Shown here in pieces: positions 1 to 10,215 of a stretch of 64,000 nucleotides of DNA. The notes beneath the pieces were generated by a model, which saw only the letters and a list, made by a program, of their open reading frames with translations, had not been told where the DNA came from and searched no databases. A program made the translations under genes and the position numbers. Source of the stretch: Cytophagales bacterium. GTDB lineage: Bacteria; Bacteroidota; Bacteroidia; Cytophagales; Spirosomataceae. The stretch lies in assembly GCA_038204185.1 (NCBI GenBank), contig JBBRDE010000001.1, positions 7,354-71,353 of the forward strand, given 5' to 3'. Position 1 is the first letter of the stretch. Every line of letters begins with the position of its first letter.

Positions 1-17
1 CTAAACGAGCTCATCCG

Positions 18-518
18 ATGCTGAAAATCACCGTCAATGGATCCACTGACTTTGAAGTTAAACAGGAAAAGAACTCCTGGTATCTGAACGGTTCCGGGTT
101 TGAAGGAGACGTTGTACAGTTGAGCCCCGGCCATTACCACGTTATCTGGAACGACCGTTCCTTCGAAGTTGAGGTGGTGGAACAGGATCCAGTGGAAAAG
201 AAAGCCGTCCTGAAAATCAATGGTCAACTTTTGACGACTACGGCCAAGGATCGCGTGGCCTTGCTTTTGGAAAGTATGGGGATGGGCCAAACCGCCACGG
301 CCAAAATCAATGATGTAAAAGCACCCATGCCCGGCCTGATTCAAAGTGTGGCTGTCAAGGTAGGTGACGCTGTAAAAAAGGGCGATATTATGCTAGTGCT
401 CGTAGCTATGAAAATGGAAAACGCCATAAAAGCTCCCACCGATGCCACCGTGCAAGCCATCCGAATCGAACCGGGTACGAGCGTGGAAAAAAACCAGGTG
501 TTGATAGAGTTTGCCTGA
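18..518 (+). CDS. biotin/lipoyl carrier protein (BCCP-like subunit of a biotin-dependent carboxylase)
   Basis: 166-aa ORF. The C-terminal biotinyl domain carries the attachment motif LVAMKMENAI. Size is typical of carrier subunits. Confidence 0.7.
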   Translation: MLKITVNGSTDFEVKQEKNSWYLNGSGFEGDVVQLSPGHYHVIWNDRSFEVEVVEQDPVEKKAVLKINGQLLTTTAKDRVALLLESMGMGQTATAKINDVKAPMPGLIQSVAVKVGDAVKKGDIMLVLVAMKMENAIKAPTDATVQAIRIEPGTSVEKNQVLIEFA

Positions 519-580
519 ATAAGTTGTAATTCTGACCCTTCAATTCTTATTTTTACGGATTCATTTCCAAAAACTTCCCC

Positions 581-1309
581 ATGCCCCAGCCCAAGTACAA
601 ACGTATTCTACTCAAACTCAGTGGCGAAGCCCTCAATGGAGGTGACAAAAACCAGGTAATTGACTTCAATGTGCTCGATGAGTACGCTCAGGAAATTCGC
701 CGGGTCTACGATGTGGGGGTCGAGATTGCCATCGTAATCGGCGGAGGTAATATATTTCGAGGCGCATCCGTCGAAAAATCCGGGATTGACCGGGTGCAGG
801 GCGATCACATGGGGATGCTGGCTACGGTCATTAACGGGATGGCCGTACAGAGTTCGCTCGAAAAGCACGGGATGCTTACTCGGCTGATGTCGGCTATTAA
901 AATGGAGCAGGTATGCGAGCCGCTGATTCGCCGCCGGGCTATTCGCCACCTCGAAAAAAAGCGAATTGTGATTTTCGGGGCTGGCACGGGTAATCCGTAT
1001 TTCACTACGGACACCACCGCCAGCCTGCGGGCCATCGAGTCGGAGGCAGAAGTAGTGCTGAAAGGTACCCGCGTCGATGGTGTCTATACTGCCGATCCCG
1101 AAAAGGATCCTTCGGCGGTGAAGTATACCCATCTTTCGTTCGACGAAGCTCTGGCCAAAAACCTTAAAATTATGGACCTCACGGCCTTTGCTTTATGTAA
1201 AGAAAACAATGTCCCCATCATCGTATTCAACATGAATAAGCCCGGCAACCTGTACAACTTAGTTATGGGCGACGATTCCGTCGGAACGCTGGTTTCAAAT
1301 GAAGCGTAA
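581..1309 (+). CDS. pyrH: UMP kinase
   Basis: 242 aa. N-terminus [12 protein letters not shown] and the GGGNIFRG loop fit the amino-acid-kinase fold of PyrH. The conserved pyrH-frr adjacency is present. Confidence 0.95.
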   Translation: MPQPKYKRILLKLSGEALNGGDKNQVIDFNVLDEYAQEIRRVYDVGVEIAIVIGGGNIFRGASVEKSGIDRVQGDHMGMLATVINGMAVQSSLEKHGMLTRLMSAIKMEQVCEPLIRRRAIRHLEKKRIVIFGAGTGNPYFTTDTTASLRAIESEAEVVLKGTRVDGVYTADPEKDPSAVKYTHLSFDEALAKNLKIMDLTAFALCKENNVPIIVFNMNKPGNLYNLVMGDDSVGTLVSNEA

Positions 1310-1315
1310 CAGAAG

Positions 1316-1394
1316 TAATGATAGAATTTTGAATGAGTGAATGATAGAATATTGCTTACGCCTAATATTCTATCATTCACTCATTCACTCATCG
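1316..1394. repeat. TCATTC-type repeat hairpin (perfect 23-bp stem) between pyrH and frr
   Basis: 1331-1353 (gaatgagtgaatgatagaatatt) is the exact reverse complement of 1364-1386, with the 10-nt loop gcttacgcct. An extra partial unit lies at 1316-1327. Confidence 0.9.
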
Positions 1395-1422
1395 CACGGG
1401 CGACCCCGTCACAATTAACCAT
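1376..1422 (+). promoter_or_regulatory. conserved leader motif, copy 1 (upstream of frr)
   Basis: The sequence is ttcactcattcactcatcgcACGGGcgacCCCGTcacaattaaccat followed by ATG. It is 43/50 identical to the copy at 54371-54420, with the same spacing to the ATG. Confidence 0.4.
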
Positions 1423-1983
1423 ATGGAAGAAATAGAAATTTATCTGGACTCGGCCGAAGAAACTATGGACGGCGCCATCAAGCACCTCATTATCGAACTG
1501 GGTAAAATCCGGGCGGGCCGGGCATCGCCTCAAATGCTCGACGGCATTCAGGTAGATTATTACGGTTCCCCATCGCCGCTGCAAAACGTGGCCTCGGTCA
1601 ATACGCCGGATACACGTACGCTGGCAATCCGCCCTTTCGAAAAGCGTATGATTGCCGAAATCGAAAAATCCATTCGTAATAGTAACATTGGCCTGTCGCC
1701 CAACAACGACGGGGAGACGATCCGACTTTCGGTACCCCCTCTGACTGAGGAGCGCCGTCAGGACTTAGTAAAGCGTGCCAAGCAGGAGGTAGAAGTCGCC
1801 AAGGTAAACATCCGCAATGTCCGTCAGGATGCCAACAACTCCATTCGCAAATTGACAAAGGAGGGTGTATCTGAGGATATGGTCAAAATTGGGGAAGAAC
1901 GCGTACAAAAACTAACCGACGAGCATACGACCAAAATCGACAGAATATTCGACGCTAAGGAGAAGGATATTATGGAAGTTTAG
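1423..1983 (+). CDS. frr: ribosome recycling factor
   Basis: 186 aa with full-length RRF pattern (…VDYYGSPSPLQNVASV…, LTEERRQDLVK…). It lies directly downstream of pyrH. Confidence 0.95.
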   Translation: MEEIEIYLDSAEETMDGAIKHLIIELGKIRAGRASPQMLDGIQVDYYGSPSPLQNVASVNTPDTRTLAIRPFEKRMIAEIEKSIRNSNIGLSPNNDGETIRLSVPPLTEERRQDLVKRAKQEVEVAKVNIRNVRQDANNSIRKLTKEGVSEDMVKIGEERVQKLTDEHTTKIDRIFDAKEKDIMEV

Positions 1984-2036
1984 GGTTTGTGGCAACAGAA
2001 TGTACACGTTTTTCCAACCTGAATTTTATTTTGCAT

Positions 2037-2089
2037 AAAATCACAAAAAGGGACTCCTGCATGACGTAGGAGCCCCTTTTTGTGATTTT
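2037..2089. terminator. bidirectional terminator hairpin between frr and the DUF4136 gene
   Basis: aaaatcacaaaaaggg (2037-2052) is the exact reverse complement of ccctttttgtgatttt (2074-2089), with an additional inner ctcct/aggag pairing. A- and T-runs lie on both sides. Confidence 0.8.
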
Positions 2090-2106
2090 ATTAAATTAGA
2101 AGATTT

Positions 2107-2721
2107 TTATTGATTCAACGCGATATCCAACTTGTCAAAGATCAGTCGAACTGCCTTGGCAATATGGTCAGGGTTGCGGTCGAAGGTGTTGCCGTCGGTA
2201 AGACCGCTGGCATATCCCTGCCATACGACAACTCCCTTTTTAGCATCCACAAGTTGGACTATGATGGTACCTTTGTCCAGGTAATAGTCCGTGTCATTTT
2301 CATTATAAGAAGATGCATAGGGCAGGCTTCCCAGTGAGTTGTTCCGGACTTCATCGGTTCCCCAATAGTTGGCATCGTGGAAATATCCGTCGGCATCCTT
2401 GATGGTAACAGGTTTCTCGAACACCCTGAAGTTAACGAGCACGTCAGGATTGCTTTGATCCATTTTCATGTTGCGTGCCGCCAGCTCATGGCTAGTCGCA
2501 TCCTTGATCTTTGTTTTCAGGGTCAGGTCATTGATGGCGTAAGCCAGGCTGTTGGTAGTCGTCACATGTTTAGCCCAACCGTACGTTTTGTAAGTGTCGA
2601 ATGGAGCAGACATGTCTCGGTTTGAGGTAATGGTGTAGCGTTGGGCTAAAAGTGGCGTCGCCATCATTACGGCTAGTAGTAGAATGAGTGTTTGTTTAAG
2701 GCTTTTCATAATGCAATTCAT
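2107..2721 (-). CDS. DUF4136-like exported/lipoprotein
   Basis: 204 aa with an N-terminal signal peptide (LILLLAVMMATPLLAQ). The C-terminal IIVQLVDAKKGVVVWQGYASG pattern is typical of DUF4136. The start may be the second Met (2709). Confidence 0.5.
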   Translation of the reverse strand: MNCIMKSLKQTLILLLAVMMATPLLAQRYTITSNRDMSAPFDTYKTYGWAKHVTTTNSLAYAINDLTLKTKIKDATSHELAARNMKMDQSNPDVLVNFRVFEKPVTIKDADGYFHDANYWGTDEVRNNSLGSLPYASSYNENDTDYYLDKGTIIVQLVDAKKGVVVWQGYASGLTDGNTFDRNPDHIAKAVRLIFDKLDIALNQ

Positions 2722-2931
2722 TTAGTTAAACATAGATAAATGTTCCAAATTTCGGCTAATGTGCTCATTGCCACCACTTAGAAACTAAATAAGTAACTAA
2801 AAAAAACATTCCATCCCCCTATTCGCCTGTATAACCAACGTATATGAGTATATAGGGTAACGAAATGTTTCGGCTATTCCACAGCTATCAAGATACAGCC
2901 CTACCATTTGGCATACAGAAGGGTGCCCATG

Positions 2932-2961
2932 AAAAAAGACCCCCGAGAGGAGGTCTTTTTT
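2932..2961 (-). terminator. terminator downstream of the ugd / UDP-xylose synthase genes
   Basis: aaaaaagacc (2932-2941) pairs with ggtctttttt (2952-2961). It lies just past the stop at 2988. Confidence 0.65.
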
Positions 2962-2987
2962 CATCTGTTAGAAAACAACATGTCCGA

Positions 2988-3977
2988 TTATTCTTTCTGA
3001 AATGCTTCAAATTCCCGGTGATTCGAATCTTCGTAAAGTCGTTCCTCGGGCAGGCTTTTGAAATAGTCATAGGTGATTTTCAGCCCCTCTTCCCGTAGCA
3101 CTTGAGGATTCCAACCCAGAATCTCCTGCGCTTTCGTGATATCCGGCTGCCGCTGCTTGGGATCATCCTGTGGGAGCTCTTTATAAATCACCTTTTGATT
3201 CGTCCCAGTCAGTTTGATAATCTCCTCGGCAAACTCCTTAATCGTGATCTCCGACGGATTCCCGATATTGACAGGAAGGGGATAGTCACTCAACAATAGT
3301 CGATAAATCCCCTCCACCAAATCAGCCACGTAACAGAACGAGCGGGTCTGTGATCCATCCCCAAAAATCGTCAGATCTTCGCCCCGCAGTGCCTGCCCAA
3401 TAAAAGCAGGTAGCACCCGTCCATCATTCAACCGCATCCGAGGGCCATAGGTATTGAAGATTCGCACAATACGGGTTTCCAAACCATGGTAGCGGTGGTA
3501 CGCCATGGTGATGGCCTCCTGGTAGCGCTTGGCTTCGTCGTAGCAGCCCCGTGGGCCAATGGGATTCACGTGGCCCCAGTACTCCTCCGTTTGGGGATGT
3601 ACGAGCGGATCACCGTAGACTTCTGAGGTAGAGGCGATAATAAACCGGGCATTCTTGACGCGCGCCAAGCCCAGTAAATTGTGGGTACCCATGGCGCCTA
3701 CCTTAAGCGTTTGAATCGGAATTTTGAGGTAGTCGATTGGACTGGCAGGCGAGGCAAAGTGCAGTATATAATGAAGCTCTCCGGGTACGTGCACAAATTT
3801 CGTGACATCGTGGTGGTAGAACTCAAAGTTCGGATGCGGCATCAGGTGTTCGATGTTGCGCATGTCGCCCGTGATGAGGTTGTCCATCGCAATGACATGA
3901 TGGCCTTCCTTAATAAATCGGTCGCACAGGTGAGAACCTAAAAATCCCGCTGCGCCAGTAATAAGGGTACGCTTCAT
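2988..3977 (-). CDS. UDP-glucuronate decarboxylase (UDP-xylose synthase), SDR family
   Basis: 329 aa. It has the Rossmann motif [11 protein letters not shown] and a YDEAKR catalytic motif, with strong resemblance to UXS/ArnA-type decarboxylases. It lies next to ugd. Confidence 0.85.
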   Translation of the reverse strand: MKRTLITGAAGFLGSHLCDRFIKEGHHVIAMDNLITGDMRNIEHLMPHPNFEFYHHDVTKFVHVPGELHYILHFASPASPIDYLKIPIQTLKVGAMGTHNLLGLARVKNARFIIASTSEVYGDPLVHPQTEEYWGHVNPIGPRGCYDEAKRYQEAITMAYHRYHGLETRIVRIFNTYGPRMRLNDGRVLPAFIGQALRGEDLTIFGDGSQTRSFCYVADLVEGIYRLLLSDYPLPVNIGNPSEITIKEFAEEIIKLTGTNQKVIYKELPQDDPKQRQPDITKAQEILGWNPQVLREEGLKITYDYFKSLPEERLYEDSNHREFEAFQKE

Positions 3978-4086
3978 TTATCTAGTTTAAAGTGGAAAGT
4001 TGATACAAGGCCGCTTGGCGGTTGAAAATTAATTCGTGAGAGTATGGCAAAGGTATACTACTGCAAATCGAATCCTTCGTAAAATC

Positions 4087-5430
4087 CTAGCTGTTCATGG
4101 TTAATTTTTCACTATCCATTGAATAAACCGCTTCGCGCCCGATGCTATAGTAGCTGTAACCCATTTCGCGCATTAGATCCAGTTCGTACAAGTTGCGTCC
4201 GTCAAAAACCACCTTGTTTTTCAATAATTTATCCATTTTTTCAAAATCAGGCGTACGGAACTGCGGCCATTCGGTAAAAATCATTAGTCCGTCGGCATCG
4301 TCTAGTGCCGCATAGGGGGTGTGGCAGTAGGTGATTTTGTCGCCCATCACTTTTTTTACATTATCCATAGCTTCAGGATCATAGACCGTCACCTTGGCAC
4401 CTGCATCCAGCAGTACCCTAATGTTTTCCAGGGCTGGTGCCTCCCGGATATCATCGGTATAGGGCTTGAAAGCCAACCCCCACACGGCGATGGTTTTTCC
4501 TTTCAGATCACCCTCAAAATAATCCATCAGCAGCGGAACGAGCCGTTTTTTCTGATCTTCATTGACTGCCATGACGGAATTCAGAATCCGGAAATCATAA
4601 TTGAAGTCGCGCGATGTTTTGGCCAGTGCCTGTACATCCTTCGGGAAACAGCTACCCCCATACCCGATCCCGGCAAAGAGGAAACGCTTGCCAATGCGGC
4701 TATCAGTACCAATACCGCGCCGGATATCGTCCACGTTAGCACCTACTTTTTCGCACAGATTAGCAATTTCATTCATAAAAGTGATTTTCATCGCCAGGAA
4801 CGAATTGGCTGCATACTTGGTCATTTCGGCCGAGCGCTCATCCATAAATATGACCGGATTACCCTGCCGAACCAGCGGCGCGTAGAGTTTTTCCATGGTT
4901 TTGCGGGCCTTCTCCGAATTAGTACCTACCACTACCCGGTCGGGCTTCATAAAATCTTCCACGGCCACACCCTCCCGTAGAAACTCAGGGTTAGACACTA
5001 CATCGAACTCTACTTTGGCATTTTTGGCAATGGCTGCATGCACTTTCTCTGCCGTCCCGACGGGCACAGTACTCTTATCCACGATGACGACGTAGTGTTC
5101 CAGGAGTGGACCCAAATCATCGGACACTTTGAGAATGTATTTCAAATCGGCCGACCCGTCTTCGCCGGGCGGGGTGGGCAAGGCCAGGAAGATTATCTGG
5201 GCTTCTTTGATCCCCTCGGCCAGGTTGGTAGTAAATTTCAGACGTCCTTCTGCTACATTTCGGTCAAAAAGTACGTCGAGGCCGGGCTCGTAGATGGGGA
5301 TTTCTCCCTTGGTGAGTCGGGCGATTTTATTTTCGTCGATGTCGACACAAATTACCTGATTTCCGGTTTCGGCAAAGCAAGTGCCCGTCACGAGTCCGAC
5401 GTACCCGGTTCCTACAACAGCTATTTTCAT
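4087..5430 (-). CDS. ugd: UDP-glucose 6-dehydrogenase
   Basis: 447 aa. It starts MKIAVVGTGYVGLV and has the catalytic GGSCFPKD motif. Confidence 0.9.
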   Translation of the reverse strand: MKIAVVGTGYVGLVTGTCFAETGNQVICVDIDENKIARLTKGEIPIYEPGLDVLFDRNVAEGRLKFTTNLAEGIKEAQIIFLALPTPPGEDGSADLKYILKVSDDLGPLLEHYVVIVDKSTVPVGTAEKVHAAIAKNAKVEFDVVSNPEFLREGVAVEDFMKPDRVVVGTNSEKARKTMEKLYAPLVRQGNPVIFMDERSAEMTKYAANSFLAMKITFMNEIANLCEKVGANVDDIRRGIGTDSRIGKRFLFAGIGYGGSCFPKDVQALAKTSRDFNYDFRILNSVMAVNEDQKKRLVPLLMDYFEGDLKGKTIAVWGLAFKPYTDDIREAPALENIRVLLDAGAKVTVYDPEAMDNVKKVMGDKITYCHTPYAALDDADGLMIFTEWPQFRTPDFEKMDKLLKNKVVFDGRNLYELDLMREMGYSYYSIGREAVYSMDSEKLTMNS

Positions 5431-5702
5431 TTACCTGAATGGGTTGGTAGTTCAACGATTGATTTCTGAATTGTACTTTTTCTGCGATATGGCCCGAAAG
5501 CCGCCCAAATTTAGTTCTTTTTCCAGGAATCAAAACCTACCGGCGGGCATAACTTAGTAACTGTACGCACAGAATCCTATATTATATTCGGAAATTACCT
5601 TACCTTGTCGGTACCCGGCTGACCCATACCACCAGTCCACGACAACTCGTTTACTATGTGGGATTTGCCGATCAATAAACACTTCATCATAAAAAAAGAA
5701 TC

Positions 5703-6845
5703 ATGCTTACCGAAACCGCCGAAAATCAGACGCTTATTGAACAGACCGTTCGCGACTTTGCCGAGCGAAACATCCGGCCCTACATCCGCGAATGGGACGA
5801 AGCACAATATTTTCCCGTCGATGTCATGCACCAGATGGGCGAACTGGGGCTGATGGGTTTACTCGTACCGGCTCAGTACGGCGGCTCGGGCCTGGGCTAC
5901 CGTGAGTACGTGGCCGCGCTCATCGGAATTTCCAAAGTAGACCCTTCCATCGGTCTTTCGATGGCAGCCCATAACTCACTTTGTACCAACCATATTCTGA
6001 TGTTTGGCAATGAAAATCAGAAGAACACCTACCTACCCAAACTCGCCTCCGGCCAGTGGATCGGCGCTTGGGGACTCACCGAACCCAATACGGGTTCAGA
6101 TGCGGGCAACATGCGTACTGTAGCGGTACGGGAAGGTGACGAATGGATTCTGAACGGCTCCAAGAATTTTATTACCCACGGCAAGAGTGGCGATGTGGCG
6201 GTGGTAATCGTCCGCACCGGCGAGCCCGGCGACAAGCATGGGGCCACGGCTTTCATTATCGAGCAAGGTACCCCCGGCTTTTCGGCGGGACGAAAAGAAG
6301 ATAAACTTGGCATGCGGGCTTCCGAAACCGCCGAACTCATTTTTCAGGAATGCCGTATTTCCAACGCCCAACGATTGGGTGAGGTAGGTGAGGGATTTAT
6401 TCAGTCGCTCAAAATCCTGGATGGCGGGCGGATATCCATTGCCGCCCTGAGCGTAGGTACCGCCCTGGGTGCCTACGAAGCTGCCCGCGACTACGCCAAG
6501 GAACGTAAGCAGTTTGGTCAATCCATTTCACGCTTTCAGGGTATTGCCTTCAAACTGGCGGATATGTACACCGACATTCAGGCCTCCACTATACTAACCT
6601 ACCACGCCGCCGATATGAAAGATCGGGGCGAAAAAGTAAGCCTGGCAAGTTCCGTGGCCAAATACCACGCTTCCGAAACCGCCGTGCGGGTTTCCAACGA
6701 AGCCGTGCAGGTATTTGGGGGCTATGGCTTCACAAAAGACTATCCGGTGGAGAAATTCTACCGTGACAGCAAGCTTTGCACCATTGGGGAGGGTACCAGC
6801 GAGATTCAGAAATTGGTCATTTCTCGGGAGATTTTGAAGGATTAA
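5703..6845 (+). CDS. acyl-CoA dehydrogenase (short/medium-chain type)
   Basis: 380 aa. ACAD signatures are present: GLTEPNTGSD, the QVFGGYGF…YPVEKFYRD…IGEGTSEIQ C-terminus. Confidence 0.9.
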   Translation: MLTETAENQTLIEQTVRDFAERNIRPYIREWDEAQYFPVDVMHQMGELGLMGLLVPAQYGGSGLGYREYVAALIGISKVDPSIGLSMAAHNSLCTNHILMFGNENQKNTYLPKLASGQWIGAWGLTEPNTGSDAGNMRTVAVREGDEWILNGSKNFITHGKSGDVAVVIVRTGEPGDKHGATAFIIEQGTPGFSAGRKEDKLGMRASETAELIFQECRISNAQRLGEVGEGFIQSLKILDGGRISIAALSVGTALGAYEAARDYAKERKQFGQSISRFQGIAFKLADMYTDIQASTILTYHAADMKDRGEKVSLASSVAKYHASETAVRVSNEAVQVFGGYGFTKDYPVEKFYRDSKLCTIGEGTSEIQKLVISREILKD

Positions 6846-7044
6846 GTTTCCTTTAGCAATCAGACATCGGCTATCGGTACTTTCAGTGGGATTTCACCAC
6901 GACTTGGTAAGGTTTATTTTAAGCCCACCACTTATACGGTCTTTGTGCCGATAGCCCCCTGCAGGGGAACGTTCGTCCGACAAGTATTGCGGCTCCGCTT
7001 CGCGATGCCTACTTTCGTACCGTACCCTTTAATCAACCCTTCTC

Positions 7045-7977
7045 ATGATCCCGTTAATTGTTCTTCTTGTACTGGTGGTGCTGGCTGTTCTAATGGCTGT
7101 CAAAGTCGTGCCGCAGCAATCAGCTTATGTAGTCGAACGGCTCGGTAAATTCTATGCCGTACTACAACCCGGCATCAACTTTATCATTCCGTTTTTTGAC
7201 CGGACAGCCTACAAATATACCCTCAAAGAGTCGGCCATCGATATTCCCGAGCAGATTTGTATTACCAATGACAACGTGCAGGTACGCATGGACGGGGTCA
7301 TTTTTATTCAGGTGATCGACGCAAAAAAAGCGGCTTACGGAATTTCCAACTACACCTTTGCCGTAACCCAACTGGCCCAAACGACCATGCGGAGCGAGAT
7401 TGGCAAGCTGGCCCTTGATAAGACCTTTGAGGAACGTATGACCATTAACCGCGCCGTGGTTGAAGCTATCGACGAAGCTGCTACCGGCTGGGGCGTGAAG
7501 GTACTGCGCTACGAAATCAAGAACATCACCCCGCCCCAAAGCGTACTATTGGCAATGGAAAAGCAAATGCAGGCCGAACGCGAGCGCCGGGCCGTGATTC
7601 TGCAATCAGACGGCGAAAGGCAGGCCGCCATTAACGTAGCTGAAGGACAGAAACAAAAAGTGGTGTTAGAATCGGAAGGTATTCGCGAGCGGCAGATCAA
7701 CGAAGCGCAGGGTGAGGCGTCCGCTATATTGTCGGTGGCTGAGGCTACCGCCGAGAGTATCCGCATCGTAGCCGCCTCCATCCAGAATCCGGGTGGCATG
7801 GAAGCCGTCCAACTCCGGGTAGCTGATAATCTGGTGGAACAGTTTGGGAAATTAGCCAAGACCAACAACACCCTGATCCTACCCGCCAACTTTGCTGACA
7901 TGGGGTCGATGATTGCTGCGGCCATGACGGTCGTCAAGTCGGATTTACCTAAGTCAAAAATAGTTGACAAAATCTAG
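7045..7977 (+). CDS. SPFH/band-7 (stomatin-like) membrane protein
   Basis: 310 aa. It has an N-terminal TM helix and an SPFH core (…VVPQQSAYVVERLGKF…, coiled EKQMQAERERRA). Confidence 0.85.
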   Translation: MIPLIVLLVLVVLAVLMAVKVVPQQSAYVVERLGKFYAVLQPGINFIIPFFDRTAYKYTLKESAIDIPEQICITNDNVQVRMDGVIFIQVIDAKKAAYGISNYTFAVTQLAQTTMRSEIGKLALDKTFEERMTINRAVVEAIDEAATGWGVKVLRYEIKNITPPQSVLLAMEKQMQAERERRAVILQSDGERQAAINVAEGQKQKVVLESEGIRERQINEAQGEASAILSVAEATAESIRIVAASIQNPGGMEAVQLRVADNLVEQFGKLAKTNNTLILPANFADMGSMIAAAMTVVKSDLPKSKIVDKI

Positions 7978-8040
7978 TGAATCAGGTAGCCTTTCGCTGG
8001 GCTAGCTGGCCCGCCTATCGTATTTAACCCATCCGAAATC

Positions 8041-8478
8041 ATGGAATTGACCCTGCCTCAAATATGGCTCATTATCGGACTACTCATGCTGGTAGCAGAG
8101 CTGGTTAGTGTCGTACTGGTATTCGTTTTTTTTGCCGCGGGGGCCCTCATCACGGCCTTATTGGCCAGTATTGGACTACTACCTGACCTCAACACACAGT
8201 TGTTTGCCTTTTCGGTTATATCCGTACTTGCGCTGGTACTCCTTAGAAAACAGGCCCGTAGCTTGCTCAAAAACCGGGGAAAGCATACGGAATACAACGA
8301 GTATGCCGGCGAAACCGCCATGGTAATCAGGGATATTCCAGCCACGGGCGAGGGCAAAATTTATTACCGGGGTGCCGAATGGATTGCTCTTTCGGCCACC
8401 CATTCTATCATCGAAGCGGGCAGCAAGGTCATTATCCGGGCTACGGATGGAATCAAGTTGATCGTAGAAGAAACGTAA
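8041..8478 (+). CDS. NfeD-family membrane protein
   Basis: 145 aa. Two or three N-terminal TM helices are followed by a C-terminal OB-like NfeD domain (GEGKIYYRGAEW…). It is adjacent to the SPFH gene. Confidence 0.75.
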   Translation: MELTLPQIWLIIGLLMLVAELVSVVLVFVFFAAGALITALLASIGLLPDLNTQLFAFSVISVLALVLLRKQARSLLKNRGKHTEYNEYAGETAMVIRDIPATGEGKIYYRGAEWIALSATHSIIEAGSKVIIRATDGIKLIVEET

Positions 8479-8565
8479 TTTTTGGGTAAAGAGTCAACGG
8501 CGAATGGTCAAAGGAAGTCGTAGACTACCGCTCAACCGTTCGCCGTTAATCCATTTTACCCTTTT

Positions 8566-10215
8566 TTATTTCAACGCCTCCGGAATAGGATTACCGATGT
8601 TGCCATTGGGCGGTAAAAGGTGCAGCAGGGCCGCGATGGTGGGAGCGATATCGGGGATGGTTGTACGGCGCAGGGTCTCACCTTTGGGAATACCCCAACC
8701 ATAGAAAAGCAGCGGCACGTGGGTATCGCCGTTATACGGTGAACCGTGCGTGGTACCCGTTGCCCCGCCCGAGAACCAGCCCGGCTGCGGCACAATCTGC
8801 AAGTCGCCGCTCCGTCGCACATTGATAAGATTCTTGTAGAGTTCCAGTTGGTAGGCATTGAGTGAGCTTCCCCCCAGATTGGTGAGGTCGAGTACATCGG
8901 CTACTCCCGGCACGGGAAGCAATGCCTCGCGCACAACTTTATGCACATCCGCTACCCCAATTTTTTTAGACTTTAAGGTAGCATGATTCAGGTACATCTG
9001 GTAATTCCCGCTGGATCGGATATAATCGCCTTTCCCAAAAGCGTCTTCCAGTGCCTTATTAACATTGTCTTTAACAACGCCTCCATTCAGCAGGCCTGCG
9101 TTCAAGCGGTGCTCTGTCCAGAAACCGGGTACGTCCGTGATGCCATGATCAGCCGTAAGAAACACCGTGTAGTTACCCTTGCCCGTCCAGCTATCCAGAA
9201 ATGTAAGCAATTCGGCAAACTCACGATCCAGTCGCAGATATACGTCCTGGACTTCAATGGAATTAGGACCAAAATTGTGACCTACATAGTCAGGGGAGGA
9301 AAAGCTCACCGCCAGAAAATCGGTCTGCTGCCCTTTTCCCATATTCTCGCCTTTGATGGCTGCAATCGCCATATCCTTGGTCATAGTATTGCCAAAGGGT
9401 GTAGAAGCAATTTGCCCGAAGGAATTCTCCCCAAATGCATAAGGAAATGCCGAGGTTTTATTACCAGCCAATTTGCCTTCGTAGGGACGGTCGTCGGGGG
9501 TACTTTCCACGTACTGATCAATAGGAAGCAGGGGTTTCCAACCATCCTTCATGTACTTGGCAGGAAGTTTTTGCTCGTTGACCCTCTGGACCCAACCAGG
9601 CAATTCTTTGGCATAGAATGTACTCGTGATCCAGTTACCCGTTTTTGAGTCGAACCAATAAGCGCCAGTGGCGGTGTGCCCGGCGGGTAGGATAGACCCC
9701 CGGTCTTTGATGGCGATCCCGATCGTCTTGGACCGGAAATTGGTCCCTATCTGCAGCTGATCGGTGATCGTGCTGGTCAGCATATTGCGGGGCGACATTT
9801 GCCCCGCCTCCGCGTTTGTACTCCCAACAGTCGTGACAGTGCTGTCCTCGGTGCAATAAACCTCCTTACCTGCAATAGGGTCGAACCAGTCGTTGCCCAC
9901 GATGCCGTTGATGGCCGGCACCGAGCCGGTATAGACCGACGAGTGTCCTGCGGCCGTAACCGTAAGCGCGTAATTGTAATGATTGTTGCGGCAGTTGAAG
10001 CCCTCATTCATCATGCGTTTCAAACCGCCCTCGCCGTATTTATCGTAGTAGCGATACAGGTAATCATACCGCATCTGATCCACGACAATTCCCACCACCA
10101 ATTTTGGGCGGGCCAGGGGGAGAGTGTTTTTCGGGGTGGATTGGGCGAAACCAGTGCAACTCAGACCCAGCAACAGGATAAAAACCTTGGTAATTCGGTA
10201 TATTGAAAACTTCAT
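8566..10215 (-). CDS. alkaline phosphatase / nucleotide pyrophosphatase family enzyme (PafA-like), exported
   Basis: 549 aa with a signal peptide. It shows the type-I phosphodiesterase/AP-superfamily pattern (VVGIVVDQMRYDYL…, TADHG, GTTHGSPYNGDTHVPL). Confidence 0.75.
   Translation of the reverse strand: MKFSIYRITKVFILLLGLSCTGFAQSTPKNTLPLARPKLVVGIVVDQMRYDYLYRYYDKYGEGGLKRMMNEGFNCRNNHYNYALTVTAAGHSSVYTGSVPAINGIVGNDWFDPIAGKEVYCTEDSTVTTVGSTNAEAGQMSPRNMLTSTITDQLQIGTNFRSKTIGIAIKDRGSILPAGHTATGAYWFDSKTGNWITSTFYAKELPGWVQRVNEQKLPAKYMKDGWKPLLPIDQYVESTPDDRPYEGKLAGNKTSAFPYAFGENSFGQIASTPFGNTMTKDMAIAAIKGENMGKGQQTDFLAVSFSSPDYVGHNFGPNSIEVQDVYLRLDREFAELLTFLDSWTGKGNYTVFLTADHGITDVPGFWTEHRLNAGLLNGGVVKDNVNKALEDAFGKGDYIRSSGNYQMYLNHATLKSKKIGVADVHKVVREALLPVPGVADVLDLTNLGGSSLNAYQLELYKNLINVRRSGDLQIVPQPGWFSGGATGTTHGSPYNGDTHVPLLFYGWGIPKGETLRRTTIPDIAPTIAALLHLLPPNGNIGNPIPEALK

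Noticed and set aside
1316-1394. The TCATTC-type repeats considered as a possible CRISPR array.
   Set aside because: The copies are inverted and form hairpins. There are only 2-4 per locus, with no regular repeat-spacer periodicity and no cas genes.
6955-6966. 12-nt palindrome cccctgcagggg, and a 9-bp inverted repeat (ggctatcgg / ccgatagcc) in the spacer after the acyl-CoA dehydrogenase gene.
   Set aside because: These are short and isolated. They are compatible with a weak terminator, and nothing further distinguishes them.
7045-8478. The SPFH and NfeD pair as something unusual.
   Set aside because: This is a common conserved pair. Only the gene order (SPFH first) differs from the frequent nfeD-first arrangement, and I do not consider that noteworthy.
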